From an uncultured Aliarcobacter sp. (GTDB taxonomy: Bacteria; Campylobacterota; Campylobacteria; Campylobacterales; Arcobacteraceae): DNA of 64,000 bases. Position 1 is the first letter of the stretch; the number at the start of each line of letters is the position of its first letter. Below, piece by piece: positions 46,062-54,673 of the stretch. The notes beneath the pieces are model-generated. The model was given only the letters and a program-made list of their open reading frames with translations. It did no database searches and was not told the DNA's origin. The position numbers and the translations under genes were made by a program. The stretch spans positions 1,056,001 through 1,120,000 of the forward strand of contig CAXXLV010000002.1 in assembly GCA_963664305.2 (NCBI GenBank). Reading direction: 5' to 3'.

Positions 46062-46499
46062 AAAACTTCTAAAAACTATCATAGATGATTTTTTAAAGCC
46101 ATTTTTTTCATAAAATCTATGAGCTTTAAAATTATCATCATCTGTTAAAAGAGTTATTCTTTTTATACCTTTAGATTTTGCAAACTCTTTTGCAAAGTCT
46201 AATAGTTTTGAACCTACTTTTTTATCTCTAGCTTCAGATGAAACTATCATATCTTCTAAAATCACTACCCTATTTCCAAGTGCTGTTGAAATAGAATATA
46301 AAAGATTTACCATTGCTACTATTTTATTTTCAACTTCACAAACTATTATATGCCCTACTTTTTCATCTTTTATTATTGTTTCTAACGCTTTTATTTGTAA
46401 AGTTTCATTTGGAATGAACTCTTTTTCTAAACTAAAAAGTTCATTTAAAAGTTTTAATAAGGATTTTATATCCTCTTCTTTTGCTATTCTAAACTTCAT
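46050..46499 (-). CDS. GNAT family N-acetyltransferase
   Basis: LEDMIV...RDKKVGSKL acetyl-CoA motif, N..AHRFYEKNGF. Confidence 0.9.
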   Translation of the reverse strand: MKFRIAKEEDIKSLLKLLNELFSLEKEFIPNETLQIKALETIIKDEKVGHIIVCEVENKIVAMVNLLYSISTALGNRVVILEDMIVSSEARDKKVGSKLLDFAKEFAKSKGIKRITLLTDDDNFKAHRFYEKNGFKKSSMIVFRSFLNE

Positions 46500-47685
46500 C
46501 TTCTCTCTTTTTTAATATTGTTTCATATCCTATTTGAGGTTGCTTTGGAACCAAAAATGACAAAGTAAAAGAACAAAATGCAATAACTGCTCCAATAATA
46601 AATACTAAAGAATTAGAATAGAGCCAAACTAAACCTAAAAGAGCTGGTAAAAAAACTGCTGCAATATGATTTATCGTAAAACTCACTGCACTTGCACTTG
46701 AAATATCACTTGGATTTGCTATTTTTTGAAAATATGTTTTTAAAGCAATAGCCATAGAAAATAGTAAATGGTCAATAATATATAAAACAAAAGCAAAATA
46801 TACATTATCTACAAAAGCATAAGATGTAAATACTAACATTAGCCCAATGTATTCAATTTTTAAAGTAACTTTTTCTCCAAAAGCAACTATAAATTTTCCA
46901 ATTTTTGGAGCCAGATACATATTCAAAACAGAATTCACAAATAACAATAAAACCATATTATGAATATCAACACCAAATTTTTCTACAAGTAAAAATCCTG
47001 CAAATACAACAAATATCTGTCTTCTTGCACCTGAGAGAAAAGTAAGTAAATAAAAAAGCCAATACTCTTTTTTTACTCTGATTTTTTTATCTTGAATAAC
47101 TGTCTCTTTAAAATGCGTGAATAAATACCAAGAAAAAATTCCTAATAAAAATGTAAAACCACCAAATATTAAATACACATATTTGTACTCCATAGCCAAA
47201 TAGTTCATAAAAAGATAAATTAATATAAAAACTAAAAGTCCAGCGAAAGATTTTGCTGCACTTAATTTTCCTAAAATAATTGGAGCTTTATTTTTATCTA
47301 ACCATTGTAAAGATAAAGATTGATTTAAAGTCTCTAAATAGTGAAATCCAACAGACATAATAATTGTTGTAATATAAAGTCCAATTGGTGTTGGGAAATA
47401 TCCAGTTAATGCTGTTCCTAATCCTAAAAGCATAATAGATAAATAAACTAATCTTTGTTGGGCAATAAAAGCTAAAACCAATAAAACTGTAAAGGCTAAA
47501 AATCCTGGAATTTCTCTTAGACTTTGTAAAATTCCTATTTGACTTCCATCAAAAGATGCAACTTCAACAGTAAAATTATTTAGTAAACTTGTCCAAGCAC
47601 TAAAAGATACCACCATTGAAATTGTCATTACATAAAGTAAAGCTTCCTTTGAAGTAAAAATTCTATCAAAAAGTGTTTTTTTCAA
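46489..47685 (-). CDS. MFS transporter
   Basis: About 12 hydrophobic segments; QSLREIPGFL, GARRQIFVVFA, TINHIAAV. Confidence 0.8.
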   Translation of the reverse strand: MKKTLFDRIFTSKEALLYVMTISMVVSFSAWTSLLNNFTVEVASFDGSQIGILQSLREIPGFLAFTVLLVLAFIAQQRLVYLSIMLLGLGTALTGYFPTPIGLYITTIIMSVGFHYLETLNQSLSLQWLDKNKAPIILGKLSAAKSFAGLLVFILIYLFMNYLAMEYKYVYLIFGGFTFLLGIFSWYLFTHFKETVIQDKKIRVKKEYWLFYLLTFLSGARRQIFVVFAGFLLVEKFGVDIHNMVLLLFVNSVLNMYLAPKIGKFIVAFGEKVTLKIEYIGLMLVFTSYAFVDNVYFAFVLYIIDHLLFSMAIALKTYFQKIANPSDISSASAVSFTINHIAAVFLPALLGLVWLYSNSLVFIIGAVIAFCSFTLSFLVPKQPQIGYETILKKREDEV

Positions 47686-48395
47686 ATAAGTACGCCAATG
47701 ATTACATTGATTGCTAATGCACTTAAAAGCACTTTTAAAATGATTACAAATTTTTTACCATCAATTTTATCTCTTAATTGTGTTCCAGCCCAACTTCCAG
47801 CAACTGCTCCAATAATCATTACAACTATAATTCCAATATAATCAAAAAATACGAAACCAAAATACATAAATACAAATACTTTTAAAATATGAGTAATACT
47901 CATAAGTGCAGCTCCTGTTGCTACAACTACATCTTTATCTTTATAATCTTTAAGTAAAAGTGTCATAGTAAGTGGTCCAGTTGCACCTACAACCATTGAA
48001 AGTCCAGTTTGAAAAAAACCTGCTAAATAATAATTTTCATATCTTTTGATTTTGTCATTAAATTTTGCTGACCATAAAGAAAGAAGTATATAAATACCAA
48101 TAAATAAAGGCACATATTCTAAAGAAATAAAACTCAAAATACCCATAAAAAAACCAATTCCTAGTAAAGAACCTAACAAAAATTTTGGAATTACTTCAAC
48201 TTTTACATCTTTATATCCAAAAATTGCACGACTTAGATTGCTTGATACTTGTGTTAATCCATGAATTGGGATAAGTGCATTTAAAGGTAAAAATGAAGGT
48301 AATATAACTATAAGCATCATTCCTCCACCAATTCCAACAACTCCTGCAATTGTTGAAGTTAGAAAAGTAATAATTCCAAGAATTAATTCTGTCAT
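47682..48395 (-). CDS. TauE/SafE (TSUP) family exporter
   Basis: G..GIGGG N-terminal motif, repeated half with GATGP, GS..G. Confidence 0.82.
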   Translation of the reverse strand: MTELILGIITFLTSTIAGVVGIGGGMMLIVILPSFLPLNALIPIHGLTQVSSNLSRAIFGYKDVKVEVIPKFLLGSLLGIGFFMGILSFISLEYVPLFIGIYILLSLWSAKFNDKIKRYENYYLAGFFQTGLSMVVGATGPLTMTLLLKDYKDKDVVVATGAALMSITHILKVFVFMYFGFVFFDYIGIIVVMIIGAVAGSWAGTQLRDKIDGKKFVIILKVLLSALAINVIIGVLI

Positions 48396-48490
48396 ATAAA
48401 AATCCTACTAAAAAATTAACGTAAAATACCCAATAAAGCCTTTATTATCAAAAAAGGGTTATAATCAATTTTTAAAAAATAGGAGAAATT

Positions 48491-48739
48491 ATGAAAATAT
48501 TACTAATTGTTACTATATTCTTATCGAATATTTCATTTGCAAATTATGCTTTTACAGGTCAAAATAGTGGACAAATTGATATGCATGGAGGAAAAAGTGA
48601 AAGCCTTTTAAATCAAAAAAATGGTTTATCAAATTCAAATTTTAAAGAAATTGGAATAACTAAACCAATTGCTCCAATTGTACCTGAAACATTAATCAAA
48701 GAAGAGAAAAAAGAAGAAAAGAAGGAAATTACTAAATAA
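48491..48739 (+). CDS. Small secreted hypothetical protein
   Basis: AGGAG RBS, Sec signal (ISFA cleavage), IDMHGGK, stop overlaps xth start (TAATG). Confidence 0.65.
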   Translation: MKILLIVTIFLSNISFANYAFTGQNSGQIDMHGGKSESLLNQKNGLSNSNFKEIGITKPIAPIVPETLIKEEKKEEKKEITK

Positions 48740-49527
48740 TGAAAAAACGATATAAATTTATTTCATGGAATGTAAATGGAATAAGAGCTGTTGATAAAAA
48801 AGATGCTTTAAAATGGGTTGATGAACATGATATTCATATTTTAGGAATTCAAGAAACAAAATCTCAAAAAGTACAAATTCCAAAAACAATTTTTAATAAA
48901 GAGTTTAAATCTTTAATAGCTTCTGAATCAAAAATAAAAGGTAGAAGTGGAACAGCACTTTTTACAGATATTGAAACTTTTTTTGAATGTAACTGCCCAA
49001 CTGTTGATATACTTGATGAAGGAAGAATCAATGAAATTCATTTTAATTTAGCAGATAAAAAAATTGCTTTTTTTAATGTATATTTCCCAAATGGTCAAAG
49101 TAGTCAAGAAAGACTTGATTATAAAATGGAGTTTTATGATAGATTTTTAAATCATTGTGAAAATCTAAAAAAAGATGGTTTTTCAATAATTGTGTGTGGT
49201 GATGTAAATACTGCTCATACAGAGATTGATATTGCAAGACCAAAAGCCAATGAAAATACATCTGGTTTTTTACCGATGGAAAGAGATTGGATAACTAAAT
49301 TTTTATCTCATGGTTATATTGATACTTTTAGATTAATCAATGGTGATTTAAAGGATAAATATAGTTGGTGGAGTTATAGAGCAAATGCAAGAGCAAACAA
49401 TGTTGGCTGGAGAATAGATTATTTTTATATAAGTTCTGATTTAAAAGATTTTGTAAAAGAAGCTTTTATTTTAGATAATATTGAAGGAAGTGACCACTGT
49501 CCAATAGGAATTGAAATGGAGTTTTAA
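48739..49527 (+). CDS. xth: Exodeoxyribonuclease III
   Basis: SWNVNGIRA, QETK, NVYFPNG, GDVNTAH, WWSYR, GWRIDY, SDHCP. Confidence 0.96.
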   Translation: MKKRYKFISWNVNGIRAVDKKDALKWVDEHDIHILGIQETKSQKVQIPKTIFNKEFKSLIASESKIKGRSGTALFTDIETFFECNCPTVDILDEGRINEIHFNLADKKIAFFNVYFPNGQSSQERLDYKMEFYDRFLNHCENLKKDGFSIIVCGDVNTAHTEIDIARPKANENTSGFLPMERDWITKFLSHGYIDTFRLINGDLKDKYSWWSYRANARANNVGWRIDYFYISSDLKDFVKEAFILDNIEGSDHCPIGIEMEF

Positions 49528-51176
49528 CACTTCACTTCAATCCTATTTTTACCATTTGATTTTGCAAGATACATTGCATCATCAGCTCTTGATAAAAACT
49601 CTGTTATTGTATCATTCTCTTTAAAACTTGTTATTCCAATACTTGCTGTTTTATGACCAACTGATTCAAACTTATGAGATGAAATTTTATGTTTTAAATT
49701 TTCTGCTAAAATTAAAACATCATCAATATTTGTTTTTGGACATATAATAATAAACTCTTCTCCACCCCATCGTCCTACAATATCTGTTCTTCTTGTAAAT
49801 TTTGTTAGAATATTAGCAAACTCAATAAGAACTTTATCCCCTACTAAATGTCCATAAGTATCATTAACTTTTTTGAAATCATCAATATCCAATAATATTA
49901 CAGAAAAATCATCTTTATATCTTATATATAAATCTTCATTCATTTTTAAAATCGAGTCAATATTTTTACGATTGTTTAATTTGGTTAAATAATCTGTTGA
50001 AGATAAAATAGTCAATTCTTCTTTTGCTTCTTCCAATTCTCTTGTGTAATTTAGCTTATTTACCATTGAATAAGATAACAATAATAAACATATAAAAATT
50101 GCTATATCACTTGGATACTCTTCCCAAGGAACAAGTCCTGATGCAATTAAAGAAGAATAAAGCCAATAAAGAGAAATTATAAAAAAACTAAATGTAATAA
50201 TTTTTGTCTCTTTATCTCCTGTAAAAAAGAAATAAATCATGAAAATTGTCAAAAGAGGAAGAGTTATAAAATTATAAAAAATATCAAAACATTCGTAAGT
50301 TGAAGGAAGCGTAAAGAATCCTAAAAGAGAACCAAAAATTGCTCCTACCAAATAAACTAAATGAATTTGCCAAATTCTTTTTATCAAATTAAAAGGTATA
50401 TTTCTTTTTATTGTTTTATCCATAAAAAGTGCCATTCCAATAGGAAAAAAGAAAAAGGCTATTGCTAAAATATATTGTTTTAATAAAGGATAGAAAAAGA
50501 ATACTTCTAAAATTTTTGCAGAGAAAAATACATTTAACCCTTGAGTTAAAAACATCAAACCCAAAATAAATAATTCAAATCTTTTAAACTTTGATAAAAA
50601 TGTTAATAAAAAAAGAATTGATACAAAAATAGAGACTGAACCAACCATAATTTTTGGAATATCAAAACTTAACATTTTTTCATATAAATCACCTTTTGAA
50701 GATATAAATATTTCTCCAAAAAGTCCAATATCTTCATAATTTGAAAATATTCTAAAATAGATATATTTCCCTGCATCATTTTGAGAAAGTGGGATTAGAT
50801 GCCAAGGCCAACCTTTATATTCACCTTTTCCTTCTTTATTAAATTCTCCAAAATGATATATTTGTTTATTGTTACTATAAACTTGAGCTATTAAATCTAT
50901 ACTAACTATATATAAATTTGGATCATTAGGTAATACATCCGGAAGTTTTACCCTATACCAAACATTTGTTTGCCCATTTCTGTTATCTGGATTACTTGGA
51001 TATTCTATCTCTTGCCAAGAAGAATCTTCACTATTTAAAGTCCAAAGGGGAATGTTATTTTCAAATGGAGAATCACCCCATCTATATTCCCATTTTACTT
51101 TAGTTAAATCAACTTGTTTTATTTCACTTGCAAAAGAAAAAAATGTTAAAAAAAATATTATCAATAATTTTTTCAT
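49524..51176 (-). CDS. Membrane diguanylate cyclase (periplasmic beta-sandwich + multi-TM + GGEEF)
   Basis: Signal peptide, about 7 TMs, DIDDFKKVNDTYGH..GD, RRTD I-site, RWGGEEF. Confidence 0.9.
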   Translation of the reverse strand: MKKLLIIFFLTFFSFASEIKQVDLTKVKWEYRWGDSPFENNIPLWTLNSEDSSWQEIEYPSNPDNRNGQTNVWYRVKLPDVLPNDPNLYIVSIDLIAQVYSNNKQIYHFGEFNKEGKGEYKGWPWHLIPLSQNDAGKYIYFRIFSNYEDIGLFGEIFISSKGDLYEKMLSFDIPKIMVGSVSIFVSILFLLTFLSKFKRFELFILGLMFLTQGLNVFFSAKILEVFFFYPLLKQYILAIAFFFFPIGMALFMDKTIKRNIPFNLIKRIWQIHLVYLVGAIFGSLLGFFTLPSTYECFDIFYNFITLPLLTIFMIYFFFTGDKETKIITFSFFIISLYWLYSSLIASGLVPWEEYPSDIAIFICLLLLSYSMVNKLNYTRELEEAKEELTILSSTDYLTKLNNRKNIDSILKMNEDLYIRYKDDFSVILLDIDDFKKVNDTYGHLVGDKVLIEFANILTKFTRRTDIVGRWGGEEFIIICPKTNIDDVLILAENLKHKISSHKFESVGHKTASIGITSFKENDTITEFLSRADDAMYLAKSNGKNRIEVKC

Positions 51177-51260
51177 AAAAATACTTTCAATTGTTAAATT
51201 AATATAAACATTAAATCATAATTACCTATAATATCCTATAAAATACTAAAAAGAGCAATT

Positions 51261-51803
51261 ATGAAAGATAGTATTATTGAAAGATACGAAAAAAATCTAA
51301 ATAATGAAATAATTATAAAAATATATACTTCAAAAATTGAAAATTTGTATGAAGATTATGACAAAAAGTCTACTTTTATAAAAAAAGATTTAAAAGATGA
51401 TTTAGAAAACTATCTAATTGAAAGTGTTGAAGAAATAGGTAATCATCCATTTACTATAAATTTTTATTTTGATGAAAAAACTGATTTAGCCTCTAATGAA
51501 AGACTAAAAAATAGTATTAAAGAATATTTTGAATATTTACAAGTTCTAGAAAATAAAAAAATGAAAGAACAACTAAAAAACTCTTTTATTTTTCTAATTA
51601 TTGGTTTTATTTTTGTTTCAATATCTTTTAATATTTCAGAAAATGAAGATTTTATTTATAAACTTATTTCAGAAGGTGCAATGGTTGGAGGTTGGGTTTC
51701 ATTATGGGAAGCCTTAGCTACAATTTTAATAAAATGGCTTCCACTAAAAAATAAATTAAAAATCTTTAACAAAATATCAAATGCAAATATAACTTGTATT
51801 TAA
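51261..51803 (+). CDS. Hypothetical membrane protein (two C-terminal TMs)
   Basis: 180-aa ORF; C-terminal hydrophobic pair with GWVSLWEA. Confidence 0.7.
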   Translation: MKDSIIERYEKNLNNEIIIKIYTSKIENLYEDYDKKSTFIKKDLKDDLENYLIESVEEIGNHPFTINFYFDEKTDLASNERLKNSIKEYFEYLQVLENKKMKEQLKNSFIFLIIGFIFVSISFNISENEDFIYKLISEGAMVGGWVSLWEALATILIKWLPLKNKLKIFNKISNANITCI

Positions 51804-52282
51804 TTTAAAGAATAAAGTACTTTAGAAAGAATATTTTTTAAATTCCTTTTTTCTTCTGTAGTTAAAACTGAAAAAGATTTTTCTACCATAAGTGCTTTAT
51901 TATCCATAATCTCTTCTGTTAATTCTATACCTTTTGGGGTTAAACAGACTAAATTTTTCCTTTTATCATTTGTTACTGAATCTCTTTTTATCAGTCCCCT
52001 ATCTTGAAGTTTTTTCAAAACTTTTGTCATTCCACCTGAAGATAGTATTAAGGCATCATATAATTCTGTTGGAGACATAATATAATCTTTACCGTTGAAA
52101 TATAATGATGCTAAAACATCAATATCTGTATGTAATAAATCATAATTTGTTTTTAAAAAATTCTCTGATTTAACCATTAAATCTTTATTTATTAAAAATA
52201 GTGGTAAAGATAATGCAAATATTTCGCATTTTTTATCTTCTGAAACTCTATTGTAAAAATCATCTATATATTTTTTATTCAT
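51800..52282 (-). CDS. MarR family regulator (PecS/UrtR-like)
   Basis: DVLASL...MSPTEL...SSGGMT..L..L...GLI.R...DKR...LT.KG. Confidence 0.9.
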   Translation of the reverse strand: MNKKYIDDFYNRVSEDKKCEIFALSLPLFLINKDLMVKSENFLKTNYDLLHTDIDVLASLYFNGKDYIMSPTELYDALILSSGGMTKVLKKLQDRGLIKRDSVTNDKRKNLVCLTPKGIELTEEIMDNKALMVEKSFSVLTTEEKRNLKNILSKVLYSLN

Positions 52283-52312
52283 GAATGTATTTTAACCAAA
52301 AAAATATTAAAT

Positions 52313-52330
52313 TTATCTTTCTAGCAAGAT
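52313..52330. promoter_or_regulatory. Putative MarR operator 1
   Basis: TTATCTTTCTAGCAAGAT; ATCTT-N6-AAGAT near-palindrome. Confidence 0.75.
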
Positions 52331-52349
52331 TTATTTAAGAAAGTTTATG

Positions 52350-52367
52350 TTATCTTTCTAGCAAGAT
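52350..52367. promoter_or_regulatory. Putative MarR operator 2
   Basis: Identical 18-mer, 37 bp from the first copy, just upstream of the AAGGAG RBS of the efflux operon. Confidence 0.75.
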
Positions 52368-52383
52368 ATTAAAAGGAGTTATT

Positions 52384-53616
52384 TTGAAAAAGATATATTA
52401 TATTTTTTTAACACCGCTTTTTTTATATGGTCAAAATTTGGAGGAATTAGTTAATTTATCTATTCAAAATAGATTAATTAATGCATCTGAACAAAATTTG
52501 GAATCTGTAAAAGATGAATATAAAAGTGTAAAAAGTGGTTATTTACCTAGTTTAGATCTTGGTGGGAAATATGGAATAGCTGAAAAAGAGACACAAAGTT
52601 TAGCTAAAAAAGCAGGAAGTGTTAATGCTAGTTTAAACTATACACTTTATGATGGTGGGAAAAAATCTGATGTTTATGATGGTTATGAATCAACTATCAA
52701 AAGTGGTGAAGAATCTTTAGAATCTTTAAAAAATCAAATCTCTTTAACAGTTACTAACTATTATTTTAATTATTTATCATTAGTAGCTCAAAAAGAAGCA
52801 AAATTAAAAGAAATTGAACAATTAAATTCTCAACTTGAAAGATTAAATAGATTTTTAAATGCAGGAACAACAACTGAAGATGAAGTACAAAAAATAGTTT
52901 CAAGTGTTGAAAATGCAAATGTAAATTTACAAGAAATAGAACTTGAAATAGTTACAATTTTACATAATTTAGAATATATAACTGGTTCAAAAGTAGATAT
53001 TACTTCAGGTTCAAATATAAAAGAATTAGAAGAATTATCAAAAAATGCTGAAAGATTTGATATCAAATCTTTAGAATATGATGTTCAAACAAAACTAAGC
53101 AATGCAAAAGCCCAAAAAAGTGGTTATTTACCAACAATAACACTTGATAATACTTATTCATATTATGATAATAATTTTGACAATAAACTTTACGAAAGTA
53201 ATGCTTTAGATCACCAAAATGTTGCTTCTGCAAATTTATCTTGGAATATTTTTTCATTTGGTGAAACAAAATATAAATATGAATCTGCGTACAAATCATA
53301 TTTAGCATCAAAATTAAATTATGAATATGAAAAAAATAAGGCAAATGTTGATTTACAACTAGCTATTAGAGCTTATGAAATTTCAAAATCAAAAATTAAA
53401 TCTGCTGAAGCAAATTTAAAAGCTGCAGAAAGTGCATATGAAGTAATAAAATCAAAATTTGAAAATGGTTTAGTTGACAATGTTGCATATTTACAAAGTC
53501 TTAGTGAAAAATTTGACGCAGTAAGTCAATTAAAAACATCTATAAATGATTTAGAAATAAAAAAAGCAAATATTATTTATAACAGTGGTAAAAAATTAGA
53601 GGAGTATATAAAATGA
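52384..53616 (+). CDS. TolC family outer membrane efflux protein
   Basis: Signal peptide; duplicated OEP repeats (SGYLPSL / SGYLPTI), LYDGG, F.NG.V. Confidence 0.9.
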   Translation: MKKIYYIFLTPLFLYGQNLEELVNLSIQNRLINASEQNLESVKDEYKSVKSGYLPSLDLGGKYGIAEKETQSLAKKAGSVNASLNYTLYDGGKKSDVYDGYESTIKSGEESLESLKNQISLTVTNYYFNYLSLVAQKEAKLKEIEQLNSQLERLNRFLNAGTTTEDEVQKIVSSVENANVNLQEIELEIVTILHNLEYITGSKVDITSGSNIKELEELSKNAERFDIKSLEYDVQTKLSNAKAQKSGYLPTITLDNTYSYYDNNFDNKLYESNALDHQNVASANLSWNIFSFGETKYKYESAYKSYLASKLNYEYEKNKANVDLQLAIRAYEISKSKIKSAEANLKAAESAYEVIKSKFENGLVDNVAYLQSLSEKFDAVSQLKTSINDLEIKKANIIYNSGKKLEEYIK

Positions 53617-54671
53617 TAAAAAAATCATTAGTTGCAATTTCTTTCCTTTTTTTAGGATATAACGGTTTAATTGCAGAAGAAACAAAAGCAGCAACTGAAG
53701 CACCAGCTTTACCTGTACAAACTTTTAAAATTTTAAAACAAGATAATACAACAAATAAAACTTATCCAACTATTTTAAAAGCTTATGAACAAGTAAATGT
53801 TATGGCTAGAGTTCAAGGAACATTAATAGAAAAACATTTTAAAGAGGGAGATTTTGTAAAAAAAGGAACTTTACTTTATAAAATCGAACCTGATACTTAT
53901 TTAGCAAATTTAAATATGAAAAAAGCTGAATATACAAAAGCAAAAAAAGATTATGAAAGAGCAAAATCTTTAATAACTTCAAAATCTATTAGTCCACAAG
54001 CTTATGATGATTATGTATATCAATACGAAAGTTCAAAAGCAGCACTTGATGAAGCACAAATTAGTTTAAACTATACAAATGTAAAAGCACCAATTGATGG
54101 TATTGTAGGAATTAAAAAATTTGATATTGGAGATTTAGTAGGGAAAAATGATGATAATTCATTACTTCTTACAATTACAAATACAAATCCAATTCATGCA
54201 GAATTTTCTTTACCAAAAAATGACATGAATGAGTTTTTATCTCAAATAAAAAGTAAAAATGTAAAAATCAAATTAATTGCTGATAACAAAACTTATGAAA
54301 ATGGAGAGATTGATTTTATTGCTCCAACAATAGACACAAATACTGATACTTTACTTTTAAGAGCAAAATTTGAAAATCCAAACAATGAATTAATCGTTGG
54401 GAATTTTACAAAAATTGAAATCTCAAATTTATCTTTAGGTGATGTTTATGTTGTTCCTGAAAATGCTGTATTAAAAACTGCACAAGCAAATATTGTTTTT
54501 GTGGTTGATGAAAATAATATAGCAAAAGTTAGACCTGTAGTAACTGGAAATTTAGTAAAAGATGGAATAGTTATAAAAAGTGGGTTAAAACCTGATGAAC
54601 AAATTGTAACTAGTAATTTTGCAAAATTAAGACCTGATACAAAAGTTCAAATTGTAAATAAAGAGAAATAA
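53613..54671 (+). CDS. RND periplasmic adaptor (MFP)
   Basis: ARVQG...F.EG..VKKG..LY.I lipoyl half, YT.VKAPIDG.VG, VVPENAV, GLKP. Confidence 0.93.
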   Translation: MIKKSLVAISFLFLGYNGLIAEETKAATEAPALPVQTFKILKQDNTTNKTYPTILKAYEQVNVMARVQGTLIEKHFKEGDFVKKGTLLYKIEPDTYLANLNMKKAEYTKAKKDYERAKSLITSKSISPQAYDDYVYQYESSKAALDEAQISLNYTNVKAPIDGIVGIKKFDIGDLVGKNDDNSLLLTITNTNPIHAEFSLPKNDMNEFLSQIKSKNVKIKLIADNKTYENGEIDFIAPTIDTNTDTLLLRAKFENPNNELIVGNFTKIEISNLSLGDVYVVPENAVLKTAQANIVFVVDENNIAKVRPVVTGNLVKDGIVIKSGLKPDEQIVTSNFAKLRPDTKVQIVNKEK

Positions 54672-54673
54672 TT

